Under the pieces are notes generated by a model. It saw nothing but the letters and a program-made list of their open reading frames with translations. It did no database searches and was not told the DNA's origin. Positions 16,421-30,525 of a stretch of DNA of 64,000 nucleotides are shown here, piece after piece (position 1 is the stretch's first letter; every line of letters begins with the position of its first letter). The stretch is from the NCBI GenBank assembly GCA_964016885.1, contig OZ024759.1, positions 25,854,001 to 25,918,000 on the forward strand, in the 5' to 3' direction. Both the position numbers and the translations under genes were made by a program. This stretch comes from Eledone cirrhosa (lineage: Eukaryota).

Positions 16421-16553
16421 TAGAGGAAGGAAAGAGGAAGGCAGTGGCTGAAAGTCAATTCAATAAATAGATCTGTATGTAGAGAGCTTAATTACTATGT
16501 AGGTCTATAAGTATGCATGTACAATTTATAACTACCTGTATCTCTTACTCTTT

Positions 16554-16913
<360 letters not shown>

Positions 16914-17123
16914 TATATATATATATGTATATATATTTATATTTATATATATGTATCTCTCTATCCATCTATATATATATATATGTATTTATATATATAT
17001 ATATGTATATATATATATAAATATATATATACATTTATATACACATATATATGCATATATATACACATATATATGCATATATATATATATATACATAAAC
17101 ATATATATATATACACACACACG

Positions 17124-17180
<57 letters not shown>

Positions 17181-17496
17181 TTTACGTATATATAAATATG
17201 TACATAATTAGAATATATATATATATGTACATAATTAGAAACTCATTAACGTCAGTATGGTATAGTTAAGAGAGGTAGGCGAGGTTAGAAGGTGGGTGGG
17301 AGGTGATAATACTAAATTGTAAATGGTAAATGCGTCATTCCATCAGATAATGTTTGAAAAATGTGGGAAACACAAACCACACACACACACGCACACACAC
17401 ACACAGAACCATACTGTTTGTATATGTGATTTATCGGTATATGCACTCACAGTTACGCACAAACAATCTCACATATCATATATAGATATATATATG

Positions 17497-17555
<59 letters not shown>

Positions 17556-17559
<4 letters not shown>

Positions 17560-17639
17560 ATAATAATAAATTTGAAGACTAAAATCCAAAGAGGGCTCGA
17601 TAAGGATAAATATATATCAAATATATAAGAACCGTAGAC
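17556..17639 (+). repeat. ~80-bp dispersed repeat embedded in (TA)n (other copies 34901-34970 -, 42310-42391 -, diverged 59961-60010 +)
   Basis: agtaataataataaatttgaagactaaaatccaaagagggctcgataaggataaatatatatcaaatat is essentially identical in three copies. Confidence 0.85.
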
Positions 17640-17687
17640 TCATATATATGTATATATATATACACATATATATGTATATATATATAG

Positions 17688-17747
<60 letters not shown>

Positions 17748-17831
17748 TCACAGAAACGATCGTAAAGCAGTGAAGTATATTTCTAATGACTTGATTTTTT
17801 ATTTCATTGTTTTAACTTATATATATATATA

Positions 17832-18712
17832 CGAGGTGTGTCAGAAAAGTTCCAGGACTGATGTCACAAAAGATTTATTTCAAACCCAAACTTCACACTA
17901 AGAGTTTTCTCCTTCAAAGTAACCCCCCTGGAGTCTAATGCACTTTTCCATCCTTTTCTGCCACGATTCTTCCGGGATCCTCCGCTGTTCCGTCGTCACG
18001 GCCTTTTTGATGTCGTCCACGTCTTCAAAACGGGTCCCCTCCGGGTCGTACTCGAAGATCCATGACTTATCACCGGTGATGACTGTCCCTAGCAAGTCTG
18101 GTTCGCTTTCAAGACGCTCGAGGATGTCCTGGCACACTTGCATGCGTCGACCCGTCTGGTGATCGTTCAGCAGTTTTGGCACCATCTTCGCGCAGACCTT
18201 CCGCATGTCCAAATCTTCAGTGAGATTCTTCCAGACGCTGTCCCGATTCATGCCCAGCTCATTTGCCATCAGTCGAACAGTCAGCCGACGATCGCTACGC
18301 ACCATCTGCCTGACGCGATCAACGTTGACCTCAGTCCTGGTTGTTGAGGGCCTTCCGCTCCTGAGGTCATCTTCCACGTCATCGCGTCCTTTTTTTAAAC
18401 TTCTTGCACCACTCAAAAACACGTGAGCGTGATATCGTCTCATCTCTATACACTTGCTGCAGCAGAGTTTTCCCCAACCATACCAGAAACTTCAAGTTTG
18501 TTTGTTGCTCTGTGCTCATTGCTTGACGACCAGAAACAGAGGACATGTATATAAAATTATGAAGAAAAAAGTTTGATCGCTGCAGAGAGCTAAGATTACA
18601 GTTACATACTCCATGGGGGGGTTAGTTGGAAGGAGAAAACTCTTATTGTGAACTTTGGGTTTGAAATAAATCTTTTGTGACATCAGTCCTGGAACTTTTC
18701 TGACACACCTCG
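17832..18712 (-). mobile_element. Mariner (Tc1/mariner) DNA transposon, internally deleted and non-autonomous
   Basis: TIR cgaggtgtgtcagaaaagttccaggactgatgtcacaaaagatttatttcaaacccaaa: 59 bp perfect, ~66 bp with one mismatch. TA on both sides; transposase remnant inside. Confidence 0.95.
17898..18519 (-). pseudogene. Mariner transposase pseudogene (HTH domains retained, catalytic core deleted)
   Basis: MSTEQQTNLKFLV...SRSRVFEW (frameshift) ...RSGRPST...KVCAKMVPKLL...VITGDKSWIFEYDPE joined directly to GTRFEDVDD...WQKRMEKCIRLQGGYFEG. Confidence 0.9.
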
Positions 18713-18792
18713 TATATATATTCACCTATATGTACACACACGCACGCACACACATACACACACGCACGCACACACACATTTATATATATATT

Positions 18793-18823
<31 letters not shown>

Positions 18824-18830
18824 TTATATA

Positions 18831-18877
<47 letters not shown>

Positions 18878-18888
18878 ATATATTTATG

Positions 18889-19003
<115 letters not shown>

Positions 19004-19574
19004 TGTGTGTGTGTGTCTAGGATTAATATAAGAATATATAGCGGGTAATCAGAGGAATATATCCCGAGGTATCACTTAAGAAATGATACCTAAATGGTAA
19101 AACCGACTCTCAGACTCTGAGAGAGTGGTACCAGCTGTCAATTGACCGGCTTAGTTGTTTCTCATCTCATCGGAAGTATACAGCATTTGACATAGTTAGC
19201 TGTGGAGGATAACAATAGCTTAGGGCAGGAACTCTATTGAAGGAATAATAAACAACACAGTACATGCTTATATATAACGTATAGACGGACATATCCCCAC
19301 ACATACGCACAGACATGTAAATATATACAAAGAACCACACAGCCACACACACATACAGGCAGACAGACACGCACACACGCACACAGACACAGACACAGAC
19401 ATACACACACACATATATATATATATATACTTATGCACACACAAACATGCACATGTATAGGGAGACATGCATTCTATTGGACATATTACACAGAATACTC
19501 GACTCTGATCTATTTTCTTTCTTTATAGTATAACTTCTTTTCGAAAAGCTGCCTATTTTAAATATGTCACCAAC

Positions 19575-19644
<70 letters not shown>

Positions 19645-19917
19645 GGGTGGGGGGGGGGTTAGAAATAGTGAGATTGGAAATAGCACGGTGTTTTTCCTTT
19701 TTTTTCCTCCTTTCATTCGTCAAAGTGACATTACTGAAAAAATGATAGGAACATTTCTTTTAAAATAGAGTTTTATAATGTTTATAAAGTATATATAATA
19801 TTACCGGTTTCGATGTATTAGTAAAATCCATCTTATCAAATGGTGAGAATTATAATTAAGAAGAATTAATAAGAATTTAAAACTATTACACACATATACA
19901 CACAAAAAAAAAACACA

Positions 19918-19951
<34 letters not shown>

Positions 19952-19959
19952 TGTGTTTT

Positions 19960-19990
<31 letters not shown>

Positions 19991-20223
19991 GAAAAAAAGA
20001 TGAAATCGAAAATGCAAGAAAAACACAGAAAAACCACAGACCCCCCCCATCTCAACTCTACTTTTGAAAAGCAGAAGAACTACGAAACGGTAAAGGAACC
20101 AAATAAATATATATATTTTTTTAAATAAGACTCCAGTTGCCTCTTCGAGTTCATCTTTTTTTCTTTATACATTCACTCGTGTAGGACACCCCGGTTATTT
20201 TTCATTTTGTAAAAAAACATCAC

Positions 20224-20387
<164 letters not shown>

Positions 20388-20910
20388 ATGCATGTATGTA
20401 TGTTTGTGTGTATATATATATATAAACATGGAATGATCTACTAGTTTATATATTATGTGTATGTTTGTTGATATAAATGAAGATTAACAATTCGACCAGC
20501 TGTTGACTGCATCCTCAACCTTTTCCTCAACATTCATTCCACCCAACAACGCCAAAAAGATCTGCTCTCTCTCTCTCAATATATATATATATATATACAT
20601 ACATACAGAAACACTGATATATACATACATATATATATATAAACATACACAAACACTCATATATATATATATGTGTGTGTATATATATATATACACACAC
20701 ATATACATATACATATATATTGCCCGGAGCAAGTCTTGTCTTAATGGTGTGTTGGTGTACTGCAGGCCGTTGTTCTGACACCAATGTTATTTACATTGTC
20801 TAGTGCTCTTTCATTATAATACGTTTTCTAATGGATCATCTGCTACATTTGGGGAATAAATACACACACACACACACACGCACACACATACACAAACTGA
20901 CACACACACT

Positions 20911-20947
<37 letters not shown>

Positions 20948-21120
20948 GTATGTATGTACAGCATTTGTTTTTATTTCTATCATATACATACGCGCAGGCG
21001 TTTGCATGTATTCGTATAGAGAAGGACATACACACACATGCAGACACATATATATGTGTCGGTGTGTGTGTAAGGCAATGTATTTGAGTGGTTGTATGAG
21101 TTCAGTATATATATAAATGT

Positions 21121-21226
<106 letters not shown>

Positions 21227-21227
21227 G

Positions 21228-21258
<31 letters not shown>

Positions 21259-21290
21259 CCCTATTAGGAAAATCTGGTTTGTAGAATCAA

Positions 21291-21386
21291 GACGTATCTG
21301 AGGACCTTGCAATTTTCAGTGTCAGGTTCGATCATCACATCGATAGGGCCTCGAGCTGGTCGCCAGAGAAACGATTGTAATAGGTC
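21291..21386 (+). ncRNA. Possible degenerate type I hammerhead with an expanded stem II region
   Basis: Stem I gacgtat/ataggtc (6 of 7 pairs), CTGAGGA, ~63-nt insert with three small hairpins, then GAAA-C-gatt-G-TA. No clean stem II closing pair. Confidence 0.35.
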
Positions 21387-21507
21387 CAATAAATTCCATT
21401 CGTCGCAACACTGATTCTCTTTTTTTTGTGATATCATACTCTGCTCTATGAGGGCATCGAGTGCTCAAATGGCCTACTGCATACGGACGCTTTAAGCATC
21501 CAACACC

Positions 21508-21569
<62 letters not shown>

Positions 21570-22188
21570 TTATTTATTTATTGGGTCGTCAAGTATGAAA
21601 ATTTGTAGAAATTTTGTGAAAAATAATGAATTTCTTCAAATTTCATACAGAGAGAGAGAGGGAGAAAGATAAATAGATAGATAGATACATATACATACAT
21701 ACATACATACACACACACACAAAGCAATGCTAAGTTGTCTCCAATATAACCACACACACAGGAGCTCTATTCTGTTAAAATTACTATTCCGTCTGTTCGT
21801 TTAATTTCATATGTTTTCAATATTACCGTTGACATTACTCCAATTCTCTTAATCTGTATTCCAAACTGACCTCTCTGTAATCATATACACACATGTATAT
21901 GTATATGTGTGTGTGTTTGTGTGTATATATTGTGTATGTATTTATACACTACATATACCCTCCTGGGTCGATGTACAATCATTTTGATTTTGAATTTCTG
22001 AATTCTTTAGAAGTCAAACAAACATAACCCCACGCCCATCATACTTTGAAAATTTATATGAATGTGAATATAAGAGAAAATATATATATATATATATAAA
22101 TATATTAAAAGTATATATTGAGTTAGAAACTCAAAATGGTCTCTATGATTTGAACACATATATGTATATATCTGTGTTTATCTCTCTT

Positions 22189-22229
<41 letters not shown>

Positions 22230-22331
22230 AATGAAGTAATTCCATCGGAAAAGTCCAGGAAAAAAGAGTGCTCTATGTAGGCAACAGAGCTTAATTATTA
22301 TTATTATGTAATAAACAACATAAGGTAATTA

Positions 22332-22391
22332 TTCCATTTACCAGTGGTTTCTTAAAAGCAAAAGGTTTTGCTTTCAATCCTCAGAACGAAA
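22332..22391 (-). ncRNA. Type I hammerhead ribozyme (left arm of the palindrome)
   Basis: Mirror copy of 22462-22521. Confidence 0.75.
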
Positions 22392-22461
22392 AGATCCTGG
22401 TTTGTTTATTGAATTTGGATTACAAATTTGTAATCCAAATTCAATAAACAAACCAGGATTT

Positions 22462-22521
22462 TTTCGTTCTGAGGATTGAAAGCAAAACCTTTTGCTTTTA
22501 AGAAACCACTGGTAAATGGAA
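22462..22521 (+). ncRNA. Type I hammerhead ribozyme (right arm of the palindrome)
   Basis: Stem I tttcgtt/aatggaa; core CTGAGGA; stem II ttgaaagcaaa-acct-tttgcttttaa; GAAA; stem III cc-act-gg; GTA cleavage triplet ending at 22514. Confidence 0.75.
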
Positions 22522-22553
22522 TAATTACCTTATGTTGTTTATTACATAATAAT

Positions 22554-22651
<98 letters not shown>

Positions 22652-22675
22652 GTATATATATACATGTATATATAT

Positions 22676-22744
<69 letters not shown>

Positions 22745-22923
22745 CATGTATATATATATACATGTTTATATATACATATATATATATATGTATGTAGAAG
22801 TTCTATTTAAATTGTTGGGATACAACAAGCAAATATTTTTATAACGGATATAAAGCACTCAACAAATAATTGGAGTAAAAATACGATATTAACAAATGGA
22901 AACTATATTTATAAAACCATATT

Positions 22924-22988
22924 TATTTCATTATACATATTTCAAGGACACCAAGTTAAATTATGGTGTGCTTTCATCAGATAAAATA
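22924..22988 (-). ncRNA. Minimal type I hammerhead ribozyme (Penelope-type)
   Basis: Minus strand reads tattttat CTGATGA aagcacacca-taatttaact-tggtgtcctt GAAA t-atgt-a TA atgaaata. Stem I is 8 bp and the core is intact. Confidence 0.8.
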
Positions 22989-23059
22989 TAATATACAGCA
23001 GTTTTATAAATAAATATTAACATAACTTTAAAGAATGCGACCATTACTGTTATCAAGCT

Positions 23060-23510
23060 ATTTAGGGGCTCTCGCAATTTTAAATACAAGGTATATTTCA
23101 GGTTTATATTGCAATTGATGGTTTATTGCTTGGTTTGTTGTTGCTGTTAATAATGGTGATGTTGGGGATGGCCTTGGTGATATAGTTGTTGTTGTTGGGT
23201 CTATTGTTGTTGTTGAGGTTGTTAGAAATTACGTTGTTGTCATTGTTATACAGTAGAGTACTCGATACTTGCGATAGTAGAGTGTAACTGAGTAAACATT
23301 TAGAAAGCCTTCGCTGTGGACACCACCAGAGGGCCATAGCCCCGGTGGTATTTACATAGCGAAGGCTTTCTAAATCTTTATCTAACATACCGTGTTTCTT
23401 TAGAAATACGAAATTATAATACATATCTGTATACAGCTATGCCTGAAGCTAAATCCACACATATATATATATACCCATTTGTATATGATGCATTTGGTGT
23501 CTGACAGAAC
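23060..23510 (-). pseudogene. Highly degraded GIY-YIG endonuclease remnant of a Penelope-like element
   Basis: TKCIIYK followed, across frameshifts, by a YVGLASG-like segment. It lies upstream of, and on the same strand as, the hammerhead at 22924-22988. Confidence 0.35.
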
Positions 23511-23859
23511 TAGGGCCCCTACTATTAAAACAGTCAAGAAGCCTCTCTTGATATACAACCTCGTAAGAGGCCAACAAGACTGCAGAGGTGTAAGCTGTAA
23601 ATTTCGTTTTTTTTCTATCAAAACTGAAAGTTATAACTGTATTAAACTGAGAAATTAACCTTATATTGTATAATAAAATATATACATATTTTCATATAAC
23701 TGCATTATTCAGCTCAATAGGACATAAATATTTTAAATGAAGTAATGATTTAGATTCCAGACTATGTTAGTTAATGATTTAAAGTTTTTACTAACTTCTT
23801 CGTGATTTCATGAAACTACAGATAGTGTACCTGCTTGCGTGCATATAAATACACACACA

Positions 23860-23954
<95 letters not shown>

Positions 23955-24234
23955 ACGGACTTATATATATATTATATTTATATATGGGTGTATGTGTATG
24001 CGTGTTTGAGAGTGCTTGGGAAAACAATTATATAAATACAAGTATACATGATTTATGTAATATAATTTCGTTCACAAACACACAATATGTACATATGCAA
24101 TATGTATATGAATGTGTGAGTGTGTGTGTGTAAACATTCACACGCATATATTATGTATATGTATATAGTTTAATATATATATATATACATATATGTATAC
24201 ATATATATATATACATATATATATGTATATATAT

Positions 24235-24285
<51 letters not shown>

Positions 24286-24371
24286 CATATATATACATAA
24301 ATATATATATATATATATATATATACATACATATATATGTATATATATCCATATATATATATATTAATATC

Positions 24372-24402
<31 letters not shown>

Positions 24403-24447
24403 GTGTGCGTGCGCGCGCGTGCATGTATGTCTGTATGTATGTGTATG

Positions 24448-24530
<83 letters not shown>

Positions 24531-24537
24531 GTATGTG

Positions 24538-24603
<66 letters not shown>

Positions 24604-24968
24604 GTGAGAGACACTTTGTGTTATTCCTAGGCAAAGGTTTCCATTTTTGCTATAATGGCCTATTGGATATCTTTGGAATTGTAAGTAGGTTGATACCTTT
24701 AACATTTTAACTAGACTTCCTGTCTGGTCTGTTGTATTATTTATACAGCCTGGTCATATACACATGCACAACACACCCACAAACATACCTATAAACATAC
24801 ACTCATACACACAATCATACATATAACATACACACATACATACACACAGACACAAACATACGTACATTGATTTAAACACACATACACAAAACAAACACGC
24901 ATATAAAAATGCATATAGGTATATGTGTATATAGTTGTGTGCGTTTATATACAATCATATATACATAC

Positions 24969-25052
<84 letters not shown>

Positions 25053-25357
25053 TACAGCTTCCGTAAATACACACGCACCCACTCACGCATACACACACAC
25101 ACCCCAGACACTACATACAGTTTCCGTAATTAACTCCGGGTAGTGATATACATATTCCACCATACACACATGCATTCCCACACACACACACAGGCACACA
25201 TACACACTCACACAGACACACGTTCACAAGCACACACGCACACGTATGTAAGATTGAAATAAAATACGTTAGTACTTAGTATATTTGGGGACAATTTTAT
25301 GTATTTTCTCTAAATGAATCTTATCTATACCTATTTAATAGAATATAATTGTAAGAT

Positions 25358-25451
<94 letters not shown>

Positions 25452-25635
25452 AGCATACATGCATACATATATACATATATACATGCATAAATGCATAGAT
25501 ACATAGATGTATACATGCATACATACGTATTTACATAGCTACTTTCATATATACACACAGTCATATATACATATATACATTCATGCGAACATACATTAGT
25601 ACATACATATATATTTACATATATATGCATACGAG

Positions 25636-25714
<79 letters not shown>

Positions 25715-26417
25715 ACCGATGGATGCATAAATATCTCTGAGTGTAAACAAGGTGTATATATATATACATACATCTGTGCATAGATGCAAACATACGTACT
25801 TGCACACATACATACCTGTACACTCAAATATACATACATACATTCATACATACATGCACACATACATACCGATACACTCATATAAACATACATACATTCA
25901 TACATACATACATACATACATACATACATACATACATGCACACATACATACCCATACACTCATATAAACATACATACATTCATACATACATACATACATA
26001 CATACATGTGCACATACATACATACATATATTTACACACTGCCGCTAAATTTAAACTGAAGCTGTTTCATGTAGCATTCCCGATAGAGATTCATGCATGC
26101 TGATGTATGATATGTGAAAGAAATACTTCTATGAAGGTGCTATAAATACAACTGCACACTGAGTGCTGAATGATAGAGCATTAGATGCACTCTCATATTG
26201 TTGCTACCTGCAAATGTTGCGGCTGACATTACGTAGCACACCAGAAAAAACACTGCACTAAATGCAGTTTATGCTGCAACTGATTGTGACGAGAAATTGT
26301 TGCAGTTTCAACTGCTTTGTTACACGTGAACTTTGCTGTAAGTGATTGATGGCAGTGAATATACTGCTGCAACCTTTGCACATTAGAGGGTTATAAGTAA
26401 GTTATTGTGGTGTGTGT

Positions 26418-26488
<71 letters not shown>

Positions 26489-26720
26489 CATGTATGTATG
26501 TCTGTATGTATGTATTTATGTATTTGTGTGGAAGTGTAGGTATTTATATATGTATGTATTCATGTGTGAATGTGTGTATGTATGTATGTATGTGTGTGTA
26601 TATAAGTATGTATGCATACATATATTTATATATAAATATACATATAAACATCCATATTTATATATGTACATATTTATATATATAAGAATATATTTATGTT
26701 GACTCCGTTCTTATAAGTTG

Positions 26721-26795
<75 letters not shown>

Positions 26796-26836
26796 CTGTG
26801 TGTCTGTGTGTCTGTGTGTGTGTGTGTGTGTGTGTC

Positions 26837-26867
<31 letters not shown>

Positions 26868-27030
26868 GTGTGTATATATATATGTATATGCATATATATA
26901 TATGCATATATTCATATGCATATGCGTATGTGTATATATATATGTGTGTGTGTTTGTGAGTGTATGTGTGTATGAGAGAGCGAGTGAGAGGGAGGAAGAG
27001 AGAGTAGCGAGTGAAAATGGTAGAGGGAAC

Positions 27031-27099
27031 AACTACCCACGACTCGCTGGTAATAACTTTAAGATTCGATACAACGAACATATACATTCATTCAGAAGG
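27031..27099 (+). pseudogene. Penelope-like GIY-YIG fragment
   Basis: NYPRLAGNNFKIRYNEHIHSFR resembles the PLE motif YIGxxxxxFKxRYxxHxxSF. Confidence 0.45.
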
Positions 27100-27832
27100 A
27101 CTCCTATATTTGACACGTTCAGTTAGGAAATTACCTCAATTATACGTAGTGCTTATATTCATCCATATATTCTATGATATCCTTTCTGACGTTAGCCATG
27201 AACATTGAACCAACCATCTATCCTTATATTCATACACCCATCCATACATTCAATTTCATATTGGTCACCGTTGGTTCGTTCGTAGTCAGTTAAATACCTT
27301 TTGATACATTCTATCAAATAAATGTAATACAAGATATTAGCAATTCTTGCCTTAATACGGTTTAGATGTCTTACGCTATATATATGTATATATATATATA
27401 TATGTGTGTGTGTGTGAGTGTATCTGTATATATATATATAAATACACACACACATATGCTCAATCTGGCTTTTCATTCTCATAATGAACAGCGTTCTTAA
27501 TGGTTTTTCAAATAGACCTTCTGATTGATTCTAATGCCGTTCTATTTTGGTAAATTCTTCTATAATAACCCCCGCAAACGTTACTGCATAATAGCTGCTG
27601 GTTTGGCATGGCAAGAGATCTACTTAAAAATCGTTAGTGTCTTACTTCTTGCACAGATGTATCCGGCGATGTTTTCATGATGTATGGAAACACTCGTAAA
27701 GCAACTAATCTTGTCAATTACATTAACGGCACGAAGCACTGTTGTTAAATGTTGAAATAGTGATTGTGTCGTTAATTTTCTTTGATAGCCATATTTAGTA
27801 AAGGATAGATAGATAGCTTGATAGATAGACAT

Positions 27833-27919
<87 letters not shown>

Positions 27920-28021
27920 GTCAGATTGATAGATAGATAGATAGATAGATAAGTATATTAATAGACGGATATATAGTGAGTATGTATATATATATAAACA
28001 ATACATACATATATATATATA

Positions 28022-28086
<65 letters not shown>

Positions 28087-28579
28087 TAGAGGGGGAGAGT
28101 AAACTAGAAATCGGGAATCAGAGATAGATTGTTGAGAAATACATTAAGTTAGAAAAGAAAGAGCAAAAGAAAAGAAAGGAAAGGAAGAGGGGGCAATAAT
28201 TGAAAAGTAGCTTAAAAACAAAACATAAGGTAGAGGATGGTGGTGTGTGTGTATGTATATGTGTATAGTGTATGTATGTGTGGGGGGATAATGAATTGGT
28301 GAGGGTGGAGGATGGGAGAATCAGCTGCTCTTACTGATGAATTTTTAGTTTATTGGTTTAGTTTAGGATAAATGTTCCTTTCTTCTACTTCTTTTTCTTC
28401 TTCTTCTTCATCATCATCATCATGTTCTTCTTTTTCTTCTTCATCATCATCATCAACAGCATCATCATTTCCTTCTTCTTCTTCCTTTTCTTACAATGAG
28501 TATACCATGTGTATGTGTGTCTATGCGTGTTTATGGTGTATACGTGTATGTATATATATATATATGGACATACACACAC

Positions 28580-28626
<47 letters not shown>

Positions 28627-29130
28627 CACATATGTCTGCGTTGATGTATATGTGTGTGTGTGAGTGTGTATGATAGTGTGTGTATGTGTGTATATACAAT
28701 AGCCTGTGCTTTGATGTGTTGGTACGGCTATGTTTGAGTTTGTCTTTCTCTGATGCAATCATTGGAAGTTTCACCAGCAGGAACTGACATATTGTCATAC
28801 TACGATACTTCCATATTACCACAACACCAAACAACCAGCCAGCCAAGCAACCAACCAAGCAATCAACCAACCGACTCTACCAACCAACTCATTCAGCCTC
28901 CCCAACACCCACCCCGCGAACCAACCAACCAAAGCGGAAGGGAGATAGGAACACAACTACGAAATTATGGTGTATTTGTAAGGTAACGTTATAGATAGAT
29001 AGACAGATAGATAGATTGATAGTTAGATAGATAGATGATAGATAAATGGATAGATACATATGTATATATATATACACATATACATATACAGATATGCCTA
29101 TATATATAATGGTAAGAGATATATTTGATA

Positions 29131-29280
29131 TATCTTATATGAAATAATACAGCCAATTTTCCACACAATACAATTAGTTAGCACCCGAACGTTTAATTAG
29201 GAATATACTCAGGTATTTCTTAATGTTTGTTAAGTGAGTTGGAATTTGGCCGGAGTATCGCTATTAGCTTTCTCCGATTA
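29131..29280 (+). repeat. ~150-bp dispersed repeat next to (TA)n (second copy ~42441-42590)
   Basis: Shared aataatac...gttagcacccgaa...ctaatgtttgtt(a/g)agtgag...ggagtat(c/t)gct...agctttctc. Confidence 0.7.
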
Positions 29281-29286
29281 TGTATT

Positions 29287-29322
<36 letters not shown>

Positions 29323-29324
<2 letters not shown>

Positions 29325-29516
29325 ACGAAGGAAGTGTGGTAAGGAACCAGATGGACCATAACGCACCAGCGTACTCAATACTTAGGATAGTAGAGTGGGT
29401 AATAGGAAAATGTTTAACCCCGACGGCAGAGCTCGAACCGTTTCGACGGCTATTTCTGGAGCCCAGAAATAGCCGTCGAAACGGCTTGAGCTCTGCCGTC
29501 GGGGTTAAACATTTTC

Positions 29517-29520
<4 letters not shown>
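29323..29520 (-). mobile_element. Fold-back element (family P): hammerhead 3' half, ~80-bp tail and an inverted copy
   Basis: Palindrome 29402-29520 (58-bp arms, two mismatches, 3-nt loop). The right arm reads hairpin-GAAAC-GGC-ttgagctct-GCC-GTC-gggg. The tail is shared with the 38641 and 39178 copies. Confidence 0.75.
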
Positions 29521-29603
<83 letters not shown>

Positions 29604-29833
29604 GAGAGAGAGAGAGAGAGAGATAGAGAAAGAGATAGATAGATAGATAGTTGGACATGGGATGAGAGAGAGATTGAAAGGGAGAAATAGACTAAAAAGT
29701 AAGATAATGCCGTCCATCATAAAGAAATTAATATTAAGATAGGATAGCCACATATGCATACATATACACATATAAAGACATACAACACATATCTAGACAT
29801 TCACATGTTTACATATATATACATGTTTCTATG

Positions 29834-29874
<41 letters not shown>

Positions 29875-29955
29875 GCTGGCATGTATAATTATCTAACAAT
29901 ACACCCATAGATATTTCTTAAATAATGCAATACAATTCAATTATGACATGCATGG

Positions 29956-30007
<52 letters not shown>

Positions 30008-30217
30008 ATTCATATACATAGGAATAAATATATATATTTATTTATTCATATATATTTATATGTATAAATACATGTATGTATATTTATATAGATATATATA
30101 TATATATATATGTGTGTGTATGCATATAAGTATATATATGTATAAATACACATGTCTATATATATATATATATATATATAGACATCTGTATTTATACATA
30201 TTTATATACAATACATA

Positions 30218-30311
<94 letters not shown>

Positions 30312-30525
30312 TCATTCTTCATATGTATTGTAGAAATGTAAGAACGAGAAACTACATCAGTAATTATACACTTAGGTAACCAGTTAGTAAGACAAGTACA
30401 TTAATCTCGTCGATAGATCGATAGATCGATATTGAAAGCTATTCAATAGATTGTTAAGTCGGCAATTTGAAACATGAAATAGTTCTTCAAGAGAAATGGT
30501 AAGTAGTTTATTAAGGCAAGACCAC

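Larger units (their letters stand above)
22294..22559. repeat. 266-bp spacerless palindrome (133-bp arms, one mismatch) in a (TA)n-flanked island
   Basis: Axis ...ggattacaaa|tttgtaatcc... between 22426 and 22427; arms compared by eye. Confidence 0.95.

Noticed and set aside
26036-26392. TGCAG/TTGCA-rich block resembling a MITE
   Set aside because: Could not identify matching terminal inverted repeats or a TSD.
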